From Octopus vulgaris (lineage: Eukaryota): a DNA stretch of 64,000 nucleotides. The notes under the pieces are model-generated. The model was not told where the DNA came from. It did no database searches and worked only from the letters and a program-made list of their open reading frames with translations. Where the stretch lies: assembly GCA_951406725.2 (NCBI GenBank), contig OX597820.1:59272001-59336000 (forward strand). Direction: 5' to 3'. Shown one piece after another: positions 11,799 through 24,559 of the stretch (the first letter of the stretch is position 1; each line of letters opens with the position of its first letter). Position numbers and translations under genes: made by a program.

Positions 11799-13496
11799 CT
11801 TTTGAAACATAAATTTCAGAAGGTAAATCACTGACTGATGATTTGAGGACATTTGTTCCAGTAATAATTTCAAAAGTTTTTCAAGAGAAGAGATGCAAAC
11901 TTGGTAAGCAACAGTAAGTTACAACAAAGGTAACCTGTTTAAAAGAGCACTAGGAAAACTGATTCAAGGTAAAATGAACACTTTAGTCCCACAACAGACA
12001 GCCTCCCTAGTACTGGTGACAGGATAAAATACACACAATATGCACAGTAGTTGTGCATGATGACAGGAAGGGCGTCCAGCTTTAAAAACTAGGCCAAAAG
12101 ATGTAGCAAATCTTTTTATTTGCAGCATGTGTCAAGATGACAATATTTCAGCAGGTACCAAGATCTTTTAAGGACTTGTTCAAATGATGCTAGTAGGGGA
12201 AAGAAAGATGATTAGGAGGATGACAATAATAATGATGATAATAATGATGATAATGAAGTTGATGATATAGAAAGTTGTGATATGTTGGTGTATACAGTTG
12301 AGAATGGGAGAGCCCAATATGTGGTTGCATAGTATAAACTTTATTCATATCATATTTCCTACTTAAGGTTTCATTTTTCTGACTGCCGGATGAAGTTGTG
12401 TGGGTTTGCATTTCCCAGACACTAACTTCGACAGGTTGGACATTTGATTTCTGTCTTTTTTGTAGGGTTCTCTATGGCCAGCTACATGTACTATAGTCAT
12501 TACCTGACTGTGGGACAAATGGAAGGGTTTAACAATCAGTTCAGGGCTCTGGATTGAAGAAGAACAACAGGAAACCTCCAGAAAATAAAGACTTCCTTAC
12601 TTGCCAGTCCTTTTTGGCAGTCCTACAGCTGGAAATGGATTAATGTCTTTGTGGGGAAAAATTGCACTCAGCACCATCAAGGGAAGCAAGAAAAATGGCA
12701 TGTATATATAGTGACACTTGTCTTCTCCAAACAGTTATTTACATACCAATCTACAACTAAAGTTGCACATAAAAGATTAGAACATACAATTATTCAAGTG
12801 GAGAAGGAATAAATGTCTGACATTAAGACAGCATTGATTGAAGGTGTGTCTGAGTAAATGTATTTGTGTGTGTGTGTGTGTGCATGCATGAATTGGTATG
12901 TGTAGGAAGACAAGGCATAAAGGAGGGCAAAAAAAAAAATAAACGGAATGAGGAAAGAAAAGAGGGAAAGAGAGAAATACAGAGAGAGAGAGAGAGATGG
13001 AGAGACACAAAGAAATAAAGACAGAGGAGTATGAGGTTGAGTTCTCACATGATAAAATCATTGTTACTGGAGTCTTTGTTACACAAGATCCAGGTCAGCG
13101 TTGATCTAGCAGGCATATTGCTCTACTGAAGATGTGAGCAAAAGAAACAGGTAAAAGTCATCACATTATAGCCCATATTATGAGCTATAAAACTGCTTCA
13201 ACTGCGCTTGGAGAATTTTTTTAAAAACTTGAATGGGTTCTCTGAAAAATAAGAAAGCAATGAAAGAAATATGAATTACATTAGAAGAAAAACATATGAT
13301 TTTGCTTAAGCACAGCAATACTAATAATGAGTTGTTAGAACTCAATATACTTATGCTTTAGAGTAAAGTGTTAGGCAGGTACATTAATTAATAAATGACA
13401 AAAGAACGGGAATCATATAATCACCTTCACTAGTTTTTAGGTGTTTCTGCTATAAGAAACAGAACTGACTGCTTGAGCAACTACCTATAGCTTCCT

Positions 13497-14363
13497 TGGA
13501 GCCATTAAAAAGAAGTTGGGGGCTAATGCAGTTTTGCATCTCTCCTTGAAAAATGCATTTAAAAAAAAAAAGATTTTTTCTAATTTCTACATTTTAGATA
13601 TCGGGGATTATGAATATGCAAAATAAAAAAATGTTTTTTAATTTTAACCCTCCCCCTCCCCCCAATTTAAAATTTTGAACTTTCTTCGAAATTTTTTTCC
13701 GTTGTTTTAGATGAGGAGGATTCCGAATATGCAAGAAACCACATTTTCAAAATTTTAAATTCAATAAGCATATATCTATATGTGTAAAGAGGTACATATG
13801 AATGTCTTCCTGGGGCTAAAAACAACTGTAACACTGTCTTCTATAGGACTGCTACATTTAGCTGGAAAATATATTTTATGGATAAATGGATAGGGATAAA
13901 TAGATAGACAGATAAATAAATAAATGGATGAAAAAGTTCAAAATTTAAAATTGGAGAGGGGTGAAATTTGAGCCCCTTATAAAACTTTATATCATTAATT
14001 ATTAAAAATTAATGTTTGTTTCTCATAAAATGGTGTATATTTCATTTACATTTAATTATTATTTATGGTTATTTAAGGCAAACACAAGTAAAATGCAAAT
14101 TCTTTTCACTTCAATGTTTCTGTCAATATTTGATTTTGATTTGCATATGTTCGTCCATTCGCTATGATCTCATTAAAGTAAACAAAATCAAAATTTTTAA
14201 TTGAGGGTGGGGTAGGGAGGGGGAGGTAAAATTTTTAAAAATTACTTTTTGCATATTTGTGATCTTCGACATTTAAAACACAGGAATCTGAAAATTTTTT
14301 TTTTAATGCATTTTTCAAGGAGAGGTGCAAAACCCCAGAAGTTTAATGGAGCCATTAAAAAGA
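13497..14363. mobile_element. Foldback element with long internal inverted repeats (Helentron/HINE-like or MITE)
   Basis: gttttgcatctctccttgaaaaatgcatt (13531) is inverted at about 14305-14333, with arms of about 150 bp. A 17-bp direct repeat tggagccattaaaaaga sits at 13497-13513 and 14347-14363; central GATA-type microsatellite. Confidence 0.6.
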
Positions 14364-14502
14364 TGTTTATTTTGGAAAGCATATATGGGTTGAAAAATTA
14401 AGTACCAGTAAAACACTGTGGTTGATATAATCGACTAGCGCTGTCCTCAAAATTTCAGGCCTTGTGCCTTTAGTAGAAAGGATTATTATTATTATTATTA
14501 TT

Positions 14503-14712
14503 AAGGCATCGAGCTGACAGAATCATTAACATGCTGAGCAAAATGTTTAGTAGCATTTCATCTGTCTTTACGTTTTGAGTTCAAATTCTGCTGAGGTCAA
14601 CATTGCCCTTCATCCTTTCACAGTTGATAAAGTAAGTACCAGTTGCACAGTGGGGTCAATATAATTGACTTATCCCCTCCCCCAAAATTTCTGGCCTTGT
14701 GTCAAAATTTGA
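14503..14712 (+). mobile_element. SINE family B
   Basis: Head aaggcatcgagctgacagaatcattaac...gagttcaaattctgctgaggtcaac and central cttcatcctttc...gataaagtaagtaccag. Preceded by a B 3' fragment with an (ATT)n tail (14385-14502). Confidence 0.8.
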
Positions 14713-16034
14713 AATCGTCATAATCATCATCATTATTATTACTATTATCATCATTAACAGTTGCTTGTGGACGAAACTATAACACCTTCATGTCATAATT
14801 TTCCCCACGTAAAGTAGTATCAGCTGGTTACGAGTCAATTACTGAATGGTTTTTATTTCAGAAATTTCCTTCTAGATGGACTGTCTTCACTATGACAGTT
14901 GATTACCATCTATACTTGACCATATTGGATGGCCACTGACTTTGCTGATTGTGTTTTTCATCCTGCAGGGTGCCCAAAAATCACCTTCCTCACCAAGCCA
15001 ACTTGGGGTATGTTGCCAGTTTAGTTACCAATGATCTGCTCATGCAACAGGTGGTGTATATATATATGTATATAATATATACATTTTATTTATTATTTTG
15101 CACATTACTTAATCAGAGTTATATGTTTTGTCTTATATTTAATCTTTCTATAATATGTAATTTTCCTAAATGGTAAAATTTAATTTTTTATTATTGAATT
15201 GATAAAAGGTGGTTTTTTTCTAATTTATATATATATATATATATACATACATATATATATATATATACAAAGTAAATCTACGGATAACAACAGGTAATTG
15301 AAACTGTGCCAGTTTCAATTCAGTTTTTACTCATCATCCATTTTTACATTTTGTACAATTTCTCCATTATATGTATATATCAATATGTATGTGAAATTGT
15401 GGGTGCATGTTTTGCATAGTTACAGCTGTACACTTTGGGTAGATGGTTGCAAGAGATAACAGGAGGAAAAAAAAGTTTGCAATGATGTAGCAAAGGGAAG
15501 CTGAATGCACATTTCCTGATAGTAAAAGTACTGCTCTGCAAAGCTGGAGGAGGCAATACAGTGGGAAAGTGTCAAAATCATTCTGATTTCCAGTCAATAG
15601 CTGATAAAAGGAATGTCCTAACCCATACCAGCATGGATAACGGACAGATGTACATAGATCTTTATGTACATGCCGGTACACCACGTCTGATAGTTTGAGA
15701 AGCACGGTTCTAGAGGTTAGGTGTGTTGGGCTCACAATTGTGGTTTCATTTCCTGCTGCTTTAGTCTATATAGCTGAAATGAATACATGCCTAGTGCTAG
15801 TCTAGACCTCTTAGCTTCAAGGTGTCATTTCCTAGGTATTCTGTTGGTTGAGGGTTGGGAGTAACAAATAGGTGTCTATGCTTATGGCTACATAAATACC
15901 TAAAAGAATTAGGGAAACATACTACATGTTACCAAGTCATCTTCTAGTCTGAGTGACAGCTTAGTAGTTTTATATATATATATATATATATATATACTCA
16001 TACAAACAACCCCCCCCCTAACACACACAGTTTG

Positions 16035-16227
16035 TTTATACTAGCATGGGTTGGATGGTTCGACCGGGGTCTGGGAAGCCAGGAAGCTGCACCGGGCTCC
16101 AGTCTGATCTGGCAGTTTCTGCAGCTCGATGCCCTTCCTAATGCCAACCACTCTGTGAGTGTAGTGGGTGCTTTTTACATGCCACCGGCACAGGGGACAG
16201 AGGAGGCTGGCAACGTCCATGATCGGT

Positions 16228-16230
<3 letters not shown>
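16035..16230 (-). mobile_element. SINE family C fragment
   Basis: ctagcatgggttggatggttcgacc...gatgcccttcctaatgccaaccactc (reverse of the family C tail). Confidence 0.85.
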
Positions 16231-16267
<37 letters not shown>

Positions 16268-16308
16268 TAGAGAGAGAGAAAGAAACAAGAAAGTCAAATC
16301 AAACTTAC

Positions 16309-16389
16309 TGAATTTTGATGTTGGCTTTTTTTTCGGTATGGCTGGCTGTTCTCGTGTTCTTATCACAACATCTTCATAGGGATTCGATT
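16309..16389 (-). CDS. Internal coding exon (ESNPYEDVVIRTREQPAIPKKKPTSKF)
   Basis: Acceptor tgtctattccag|AA and consensus donor TTCA|gtaagt; 81 nt, phase 1/1, compatible with the 23319 exon. Confidence 0.6.
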
Positions 16390-17309
16390 CTGGAATAGAC
16401 ATTTGAGATACAAAGATTAGATTGTGATAAGTTACTGTTATTCCTACAGTAGTGGAGTGAATGCGATCTCCACTAAGATGGCTGTGATAATACACAGACA
16501 CAGACACACACGTCCGTGTGTATTTGTTTTCCCCTACCCATCCACTGATTGATGTCCCTGTAACTTAACAGTTCAGCAAAAGAACCAATAAAATATATAT
16601 CAGGTTTCAAAAAAAAAAAAAACCCCAGAAAAAATAGAAGTACTAGGGTCGATTTGTTTAACTAAAACCCTTCAAAGCAGTGCCTCGACATAGCTGCATT
16701 CCAATTACTAAAACAGGGGAAAAGATAAAATGGAAAAGACTACTTATTTAAAATAGTAGGGTGAGGTTTGAAGGGGATTTGGTTTTTATTTCTAGCAGGT
16801 TGAATGAACATCCACAGACTCTTGTTTTTTCCACTGTAGGCATTTTAACAACTGATGCTCAGATGATGACGATGATGATGATGACGACGACTTTAACAAC
16901 ACCGAAAACAATATTATCATGATGTCAATGAGGAAGCTTGTAGCTGGTTGCTTGATCCTCTAGAAATAGCAGCAAAATCTGTCTCAAACTACACTATCAT
17001 CTACGCAACAAAGTACAAGATGAAGCATGACTATTATGTTATTATAACGACATAGATAACTAGATACAGTAAAGTATACTTTATATATGGCTTACTAATC
17101 AGGCGGGCATTGCTGGAACAGTGACTTGCATCAAATACTTTATTAAAATGATTGGTTAACTAAAACAAGTATACTAACAATTGAAGGGATATAACTCAAT
17201 ATATTACACATGCTTAAAATTTCACTCCACAATAATCACGAAAAACTTGTGTATCATATGGCTTCATTGTTAGCACAAAGACTACAGTCAAACTGCACCG
17301 AAATGCAGA

Positions 17310-17652
17310 TGTATTTATTTCTTTATAGCCCACAGGGGGCTACACATTGAGGGGACAAACAAGGACAAAGAGATTAAGTCAAAGTCGACCTCGGTGGAAT
17401 TTGAACTGAGAACGTAACGGCAGATGAAATACCTATTTCTTTACTACCCACGAGGGGCTAAACACAGAGAGGACAAACAAGGACAGACAAACGGATTCGA
17501 CCCCAGTGCGTAAGTGGTACTTATTTAATCGACCCTGAAAGGATGAAAGGCAAAATCGACCTCGGCGCAATTTGAACTCAGAACGTAGCAGCAGACGAAA
17601 TACTGCTAAGCATTTCGTCCGGTGTGCTAACGATTCTGCTAGCTCACCGCCT
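17310..17652 (-). mobile_element. SINE family B, dimeric
   Basis: Two tandem B monomers (aaagtcgacctcggtggaatttgaact... twice); head ends ttctgctagctcaccgcct. Confidence 0.85.
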
Positions 17653-19249
17653 CAGCAGACGTACTGACACAAGTAATATAGACCTATTAACGCTGTAACA
17701 CATCAACTACATGAAAAACATAACTGTAATGGCTCCTGACGCAGCAGCATCTAGAAAAATCTTCACCAAAACCAAAAGAAAGAAAATGTGAAAAGAATTT
17801 TGGATTCAGAAATACGAAGAACCAAGCCTAACACACATCCATATTTAACACTTCCAATGCTTTATGGTCCCTGAGTGAGTAGGTTTCATTCTGTTGCTAG
17901 CATTTGAACCAGAATGCAGTTATCTTTCTGCTTGTTTCTCTGGCAGAAGTTCAGAATGATCATCAGGCACATAAATTTCACCAGACAGGGAGGTGGGATG
18001 AAAAGGGCATAAGTATCGCACTTTCTCCTCTCACCCATGATAGAGCACAGGAGATGGACGTTAAACGATGATAATGATGAAAAGCAGCTAAAATATACAA
18101 AAATCTTTATTTGTAGTAATGTGCTCTAAAAGCTACATTAGCTTAAAGCAGTTATCTCCCTCTACTCATCAAGCCAGATACTTGCAAGAAAGACAACTCT
18201 TGACTTGGTAAGAAATCGCCATTATGAAATTACAGCGATATTTGGAAGCTCAGTTTAACCGGCTAAGTGTTCATAACTCTACGAACTCACCTCCAATGAT
18301 TCCTGTTTAATCTACCCTAACATTCTTCCCTCCAGAATCATCAACATTCGACCTAGAACCAGCGACGTTGTTTTGACAGAATTGTCAGAGTATTGGGCAA
18401 AATATTTGTTGAATTTAGCTCCAACCCATTACATTCTTATTTCACATCACAATAAAGTCAACTCTGCCTTTCATCCTTCCCAAAGTCATTAATATAAAAT
18501 ACCAGTAAAATTATGGATGTAATAGCAGATGATGTAGTATGTTGTAGTGAAGTGCAGCGGTGGTAAAGATGGTGGTGATGATAGTGATCTTACAGACCAG
18601 ACAGATTAAACGACACCTACCCGCCATTCTCAAAAGAATATGGGTGAGTATTGTTGTAACCAACAGGGCTGAGAGAGACTATCCCCAGGGAGGATTCTGC
18701 AAACTGTTCTACATATACTTAAAAAAAATATAGAATAGTCATAGTTGGAATGACTATCCTATAGGTCAACTAAATAGTTAATTAGTTGACCACATCAAAA
18801 ACAGCACTAAACAATTTTCCAATCATTCCTTGCTAGAACTGCAGCCATCAAGAGCTACTTTCTGCCTACATCCTCCTCCTCCTCCTCCTTCTTCTAAGCT
18901 AATAAAGGTGCCCTTGCAGCTGTTCAACCTGTGGGGAACAGTTGCCAAAAGTCATTCAAATCACTCCCTGGCATCTTAAAAAAGGCAAGGACACTTAGGT
19001 ATTTATAAAAGATAGGATGATCGTTGGTGGAAAGTGTTTGATCATAGACCTGCACATTTGGAATTTACTTCAGGAAAAATAAAAACAAAAGCAATATCAA
19101 CCTTCAGAATTACAAGCAAATTATCACTTGTATTGACATAAACTCAATTAGCATTGTCCATTTGAAAGGTCATATAAAGATTATGTGCATTGCCTCTGTT
19201 ATCTTAATTAAATAACTGAGAAAAAAATTGTTAAAGAAATGACTTGCTC

Positions 19250-19372
19250 TATCACAAGTATCATACAACCAGTAGTATGAGACATGTAACTAAGTAGTAA
19301 TAATATGCAGTTAAACAGCACTACCATTTAACTAAATTGTAAGTGAGTATGTACCTATATACATACATATAT

Positions 19373-19405
<33 letters not shown>

Positions 19406-19845
19406 CACACACACATATAATACATACATACATACATACATACATTTAACTAGTACTACAACACAACTAGCCAGTATTGTATATAACTTATCAATATTAA
19501 TTTAATTAATATAACTAATCAATACTGCCATACAAGTATCCAGTTCTACAATTCATCTTTCTTTTAATGACAACAAATTAATCAATACAAATTAACACAC
19601 ATTCTTTTGACTCTAAGCGACAAAACATTTTCATTTATTTTATGCTGGTTGCTGGAGAGTTTCAGTAATCTGAGTGCTGCATAAGGAATTTACTGAATAT
19701 AATTAATTAGTACTCTAACTTGTATTATTATACAATTAATCAGTATCACCAAGTAATTAACTCGTGTTACTGTATAAACTATCCAGTTCAGTTTGACCAT
19801 TACTATTATATAAGTAACTGTGTACTATGCAACTAACTGGTTCCT
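19250..19845. repeat. Degenerate ~19-20-bp minisatellite (caactaaccagtactata-like)
   Basis: Recurrent aact..ccagta/tact units; a related array lies at about 20560-20980. Confidence 0.5.
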
Positions 19846-20640
19846 CTTCTCCTTCCTCCTCCTCATTGTTTTAATGCCCAGTTTTCTATGCTTGCATACA
19901 TTTGGATGGCATTTGCTGAGGTGGATTTTTTGATGGCCAAATGCCACTCCTGTCACTAAATATTGCCTTAGATTTCAAGTACAGTAAAACTTGCTAATGA
20001 CCAGGCATGTTTCCAAAGAAGAATGGAAACAGACATCGCCTGCATGATGGTAACACTCATTTACAACTAGTCAAAATGAAAACAAAGAGAGAGTAACACG
20101 CACACACACACATGATAGGTTTCTTTCAGTTTCCATCTACTAAATCCACTCACAAGGCTTTGATCAGCCCAGGACTATAGTACTTGCTCAAGGTGTTATG
20201 CAGTGGAACTGATCCTGAAACCATGTGATTGGGAAGCAAACTTCTTATCACACAGCCATGCCTGCACTTGTTCATCATCATCATCATTTAACGTCCATTG
20301 TCCATGCTGGCATGGGTTGGACAGTTTGACTAAGCTAGCATGCTGGAAGGCTGCACTAGATTCCAGTCTGATTTGGCATGGTTTTCTATGGCTGGATGCC
20401 CTTTCTAACACCAACCACTCCAAAAGTGTAATGGGTGCTTTTACATTCCACTGGCACAGGTGCCATTTGTGTGACACCAGTATAAAAGAGATTTCCGGTA
20501 CAAGAGAAGGGATTTCCAGTATCAGTGGTGGGTATGGGAAAGGGTGGGTACATCACTATATGATTAAATTGTACAGTAATGCTAATATACCACTAACTAT
20601 ACCATACAATTAACAAGTATAGTATAATTTCAAAGATCAA

Positions 20641-20889
20641 AGGCCCTTCTCAAGCCATAGGCTCATAAGGCTAGTTTCCCAGTTTCTGTGGTGTGCATAT
20701 CCACTCCCACTGGATGGGATGCCAGTCCATCATAGATACTGCTCAATACTGTAAGCTGAATGAACTGGAGCAGTATGAAATGAAATGTTTTGCTCAAGAA
20801 CACAATGCATTGCCTGATCTAAGAATTGAAACCACAAGCATTTGATCATAAGTGCAACACTTTAACCACTGGGTCAAGTGCTTCCACAC
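20641..20889 (-). mobile_element. tRNA-derived SINE with family D head and family E tail
   Basis: Minus strand: cccagtggttaaagtg...tgtgttcttgagcaaaacatttcatttcatactgctccagttcattcagc (as in 48304-48638), then gatggactggcatcccatccag...gaaactgggaaactagccttatgagcc (as in 724-1031). Confidence 0.7.
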
Positions 20890-21371
20890 TGTATAACTTA
20901 GCAGTACTAATATAACATACTACTATAAATTAACCAGTACTATATAGTTATATATATAAATAACCAGTACTATATAAATAGTCAAGGTATGTGAACTTGC
21001 TAGAAATAGCAACCTAATCTAATGTAGGAATAAACAACAGAAGCTAACCAAAAACTAATATAATTGTACTTTAGTACTTCATTTGATTAGAAGTCAAACT
21101 CTTAATAAACTTGAACTGAAAACAGTAAAGTACAGGCCAAAACAGAAGGGTAAAGAAATACTGATTGGCGTAATTTGTTAGTTATTGGGACACTACACAG
21201 GCCTCCTACCCTGTTAGAGGCATAGGGGTTTACATTTCTTGTAAATCATTCTAGTTATTTTAGTCTATCCTGTTGTTTGTGAGTGTATCATACACATGTA
21301 TATAAACACATAACTCATACATACATCATACTTATTTAGCAATGATTACGAAAATACTTAAAGGGTAAAAG

Positions 21372-21700
21372 GTAAAGACCCCTTTCAGTGATGAATGACC
21401 TTGGGATAGAGCCAAGAAAGTTCCCCTCTAATCCACAAGTGTGGGCAAGGTTGTTTATGGAAGACCAGCAGTTGCTCATGTATACCAGCCTCGCCTTTCC
21501 ATGTTATCAAAGGGAAGGGCAAAGGCTGATACAGCTTGGCACCAGTGACATCATAATTCATTTCTATAAATGAGAGAACTGGAACAACATGAAAATAAAG
21601 TGTCTTGCTCAATAATACAACACACAGCCCAGTCCAGGAATCGAACATGCTACCTCATGATTGAAAGCCCAATGCTCTAACCACTGAGCCAGGTACCTTC
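21372..21700 (-). mobile_element. tRNA-derived SINE family D
   Basis: Homologous to 48304-48638; A box ggctcagtggttagagc and B box gttcgattcc on the minus strand. Confidence 0.85.
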
Positions 21701-22474
21701 TAAAATAATTAAAGAGTAATTTAGTTTCACATTTAGTTTGAGTTTATCACCAGCTGAATTGAAGTCCAGGTTTCACATCAGGATAGAGCCTCTTATCAGT
21801 TTTACATGGATGGATATACAGATGTTTAGCCCAAGGTCAGTTTTAAGCAAGCAGACCTATGTTCAAAGCTGTTCCAGGAGTGACTTCCCAGAATTTTTTT
21901 TTCTTTTCATTCACAGTGTGTCTAGGATCACATTGCACCTTTCCATTTCTAAGACATCTGTGTGTGAGATGACAGAGGTTAGGTTGCTATTTCTAGCAGG
22001 TCTGGAAACTACATAGTGGCTCCCTTGTTGGATCTTATGTGAATGTTTGTAGGTGACAGGTGGTCGTTATAGCAGCAGCAGTAACAGGAAAAGCCTTACA
22101 AGTGGTGATGGTGGAAGTGTTTGTAATTAAAAGTATTACTAAGGAGTGGTAGTGGTAATAGTGAAAGTATTGCTAGTGACAGTGGTATTAGTGTAGAAGC
22201 AGCTATTGTGTAGTAACATTATTAGTTGTTAGTGGTAGTTTTAGTAAAAGTATTTCTGTTGTTGGTAGTAGTAGTGATGAAAGAGGTATGATGTACTCAT
22301 AGCATTATTGTTGATGATAGTAGTAGAAGCAGCAGCAGTGGCAGCAGTAATAGTGGTGGGGAGAATTTGCAAAAACTGTATGCCTGGATCCTCACAGAGC
22401 CATGGGGTTTAGGTGACAGGTGAAGCAACACACCTGTTGAAATATAATGCTGTTATATCAATATTATCTATTGT

Positions 22475-22880
22475 AAGATGGCAAGCTGGTACAAACGTTA
22501 GCATGCTGGGTGAAATGCTTAGTGGTATTTCATCTGCCGTTACGTTCTGAGTTCAAATTCCACCGAGGTCAACTTTGCCTTTCATCCTTTTGGGATCGAT
22601 TAAATAAGTACCAGTTATGTACTGGAGTCGATATAATCGACTTAATCCCTTTGTCTTTCCTTGTTTGTCCCCTCTGTGTGTAGCCCCTTGTGGGCAGTAA
22701 AGAAATAGGTATTTCATCTGTTGTTACATTCTGAATTCAAATTCTGCTGAGGTTGACTTTGCCTTTCATCCTTTCGGGGTCGATAAATTAAGTACCAGTT
22801 GCATACTGGAGTCAATCTAATTAACTGCTCCCCTCCCACTCCCCAAAAGTTTCAGACCTTGTGCCTAGAGTAGCAAAGAA
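22475..22880 (+). mobile_element. SINE family B, dimeric
   Basis: Two tandem monomers, each with gttcaaattc...gaggtcaactttgcctttcatcctttc.gggtcgat.aa.taagtaccagtt. Confidence 0.85.
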
Positions 22881-22909
22881 TATTATCTAGTTGTATCACT
22901 CTTTTACTG

Positions 22910-23135
22910 GTTTCAAATTTTGGCACAAGACTAGCACAATTTCCAGTGAGGGGAGGGGCACAGGTAAATCGATAACATTGACACCCCAGTACTCAGTTGG
23001 TACTCATTTTATTGGACCTCGAAAGGATGAAAAGTAAAGTCGACCTTGGCAAAATTTGAACTCAGAACTTAAAGATGGATGAAATGCTGCTGAACGTTTT
23101 GCCAGCGTGCTAATGATTCTGCCAGCTTGTCACCT
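22910..23135 (-). mobile_element. SINE family B
   Basis: Reverse-complement B copy immediately after the + strand dimer. Confidence 0.8.
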
Positions 23136-23318
23136 TGTGCCACACACATGTACAGCCTATCAATAATTTTCACACACACACACACTCTCTCTCTCACTCT
23201 CTCTTTCTCTCTCTCTCTCTTACCCCTCTCTCTCTCTCTAAAAACAGACCTCATTTAAAGGGATAGCACAAAAGAAAAAGTAGCATGTAGGCAGCAGCAG
23301 CAGCTTTAGTTTGCTTAC

Positions 23319-23567
23319 CTGTATCAGAAATCTGGCCAGATGATGTCCTTGTGATGTAGACATTTGGCTGTGTGGTGGAAGTCCTGTTTGAAAGGGAAGG
23401 ATAGTCACCAGTTGGTGTAGTTGATGCATTTGATGCAGTAGCTGGTGTAGTAGTGGATGTAGTAGTTGATGTAGTTGGAATAGGAGTTGGTGCAGAAATT
23501 GATGCAGTAGTTAGCATTGGAGTTGTTAAAAGATTGTCGATTCTGATATTTTCATAAATGTTGAAAT
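23319..23567 (-). CDS. Internal coding exon, Thr/Ser/Pro-rich mucin-like stalk
   Basis: Acceptor ttttttgttttag|AT and donor ACAG|gtaagc; 249 nt, phase 1/1. Encodes DFNIYENIRIDNLLTTPMLTTASISAPTPIPTTSTTTSTTTPATASNASTTPTGDYPSLSNRTSTTQPNVYITRTSSGQISDT with N-glycosylation sequons NAS and NRT. Confidence 0.8.
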
Positions 23568-23880
23568 CTAAAACAAAAAACAAAAAAATAATAATAAAAT
23601 AAAATAGAAAGAATATTCAGCAAGCAAGTGAGTAGGGCAGAGGTCATTGAAGGCCTTTTAGGAAGATTAGTGTACATATGGTATTCTACAGAGCAAACAA
23701 TATTTTGGCACATTTTTCATAAAGGGCAAAAAATATATATTCTATCCTATTATTCTATTACAGGGGTTGGCCACCTTTTTGAGAGAATGTGCCATAAGTA
23801 GCAAAATCTCTGACACAAAATTCATCCATGTGCCAAGTAAGTTTTTTTGAGAACATGTTAGGCTACCTTAAGAAAGTGTA

Positions 23881-24260
23881 TCTCTTTTACTCTTTTACTT
23901 GTTTCAGTCATTTGACTGTGGCCATGCTGGAGCACTGCCTTTAGTTGAGTAAATCGACCCTAGGACTTATTCTTTGTAAGCCTAGTACTTATTCTATCGG
24001 TCTCTTTTGCCGAACATAAACACACCAGCATCGGTTGTCAAGCGATGTTGGGGTGACAAACACAGACATACAAACACACACACATATATATATATACATA
24101 TATATATGATGGGCTTCTTTCAGTTTCCGTATACCAAATCCACTCACAAGGCTTTAGTCAGCCTGAGGCTATAGTAGAGGGCACTTGCCACACAGTGGGA
24201 GTGAACCTGGAACCATGTGGTTGGTAAGCAAGCTACTTACCACACAGCCACTCCTGCGCC
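23881..24260 (-). mobile_element. SINE family A, full length, nested in the hAT
   Basis: Tail tctcttttactcttttacttgtttcagtc through to head accacacagccactcctgcgcc. Confidence 0.9.
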
Positions 24261-24559
24261 TATATGTATGTATGTTAAGAACTTTTTTAATAAATGATAA
24301 AAAATCACCATAGAGTAGTAAAACACTATATAATGATGGGAAATGTATTTATTCACCTTCAAAGTTACATCAAAACAACAATGAACCTTTGCTACTTTCA
24401 AAAGAAAACATCCAATAAAATATCAGTCCAGCAGAAAAGTTGCAGACAGCCTTTGCCACTTTCAAAAGAAAATATCAGTCAGATGAAATACCAGTTTGAC
24501 AGAACACTTGCTGACTGCTTTCGATATATATGTATGTACATACAGTATTATCAGTGGGA

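Noticed and set aside
12190-12630. His/Tyr-rich ORF, a CPTCR (RING-like) word and several possible splice sites on the minus strand
   Set aside because: The His run comes from (GAT/TAA) repeats, CPTCR is followed by a stop with no upstream RING ligands, and no consistent exon model emerged.
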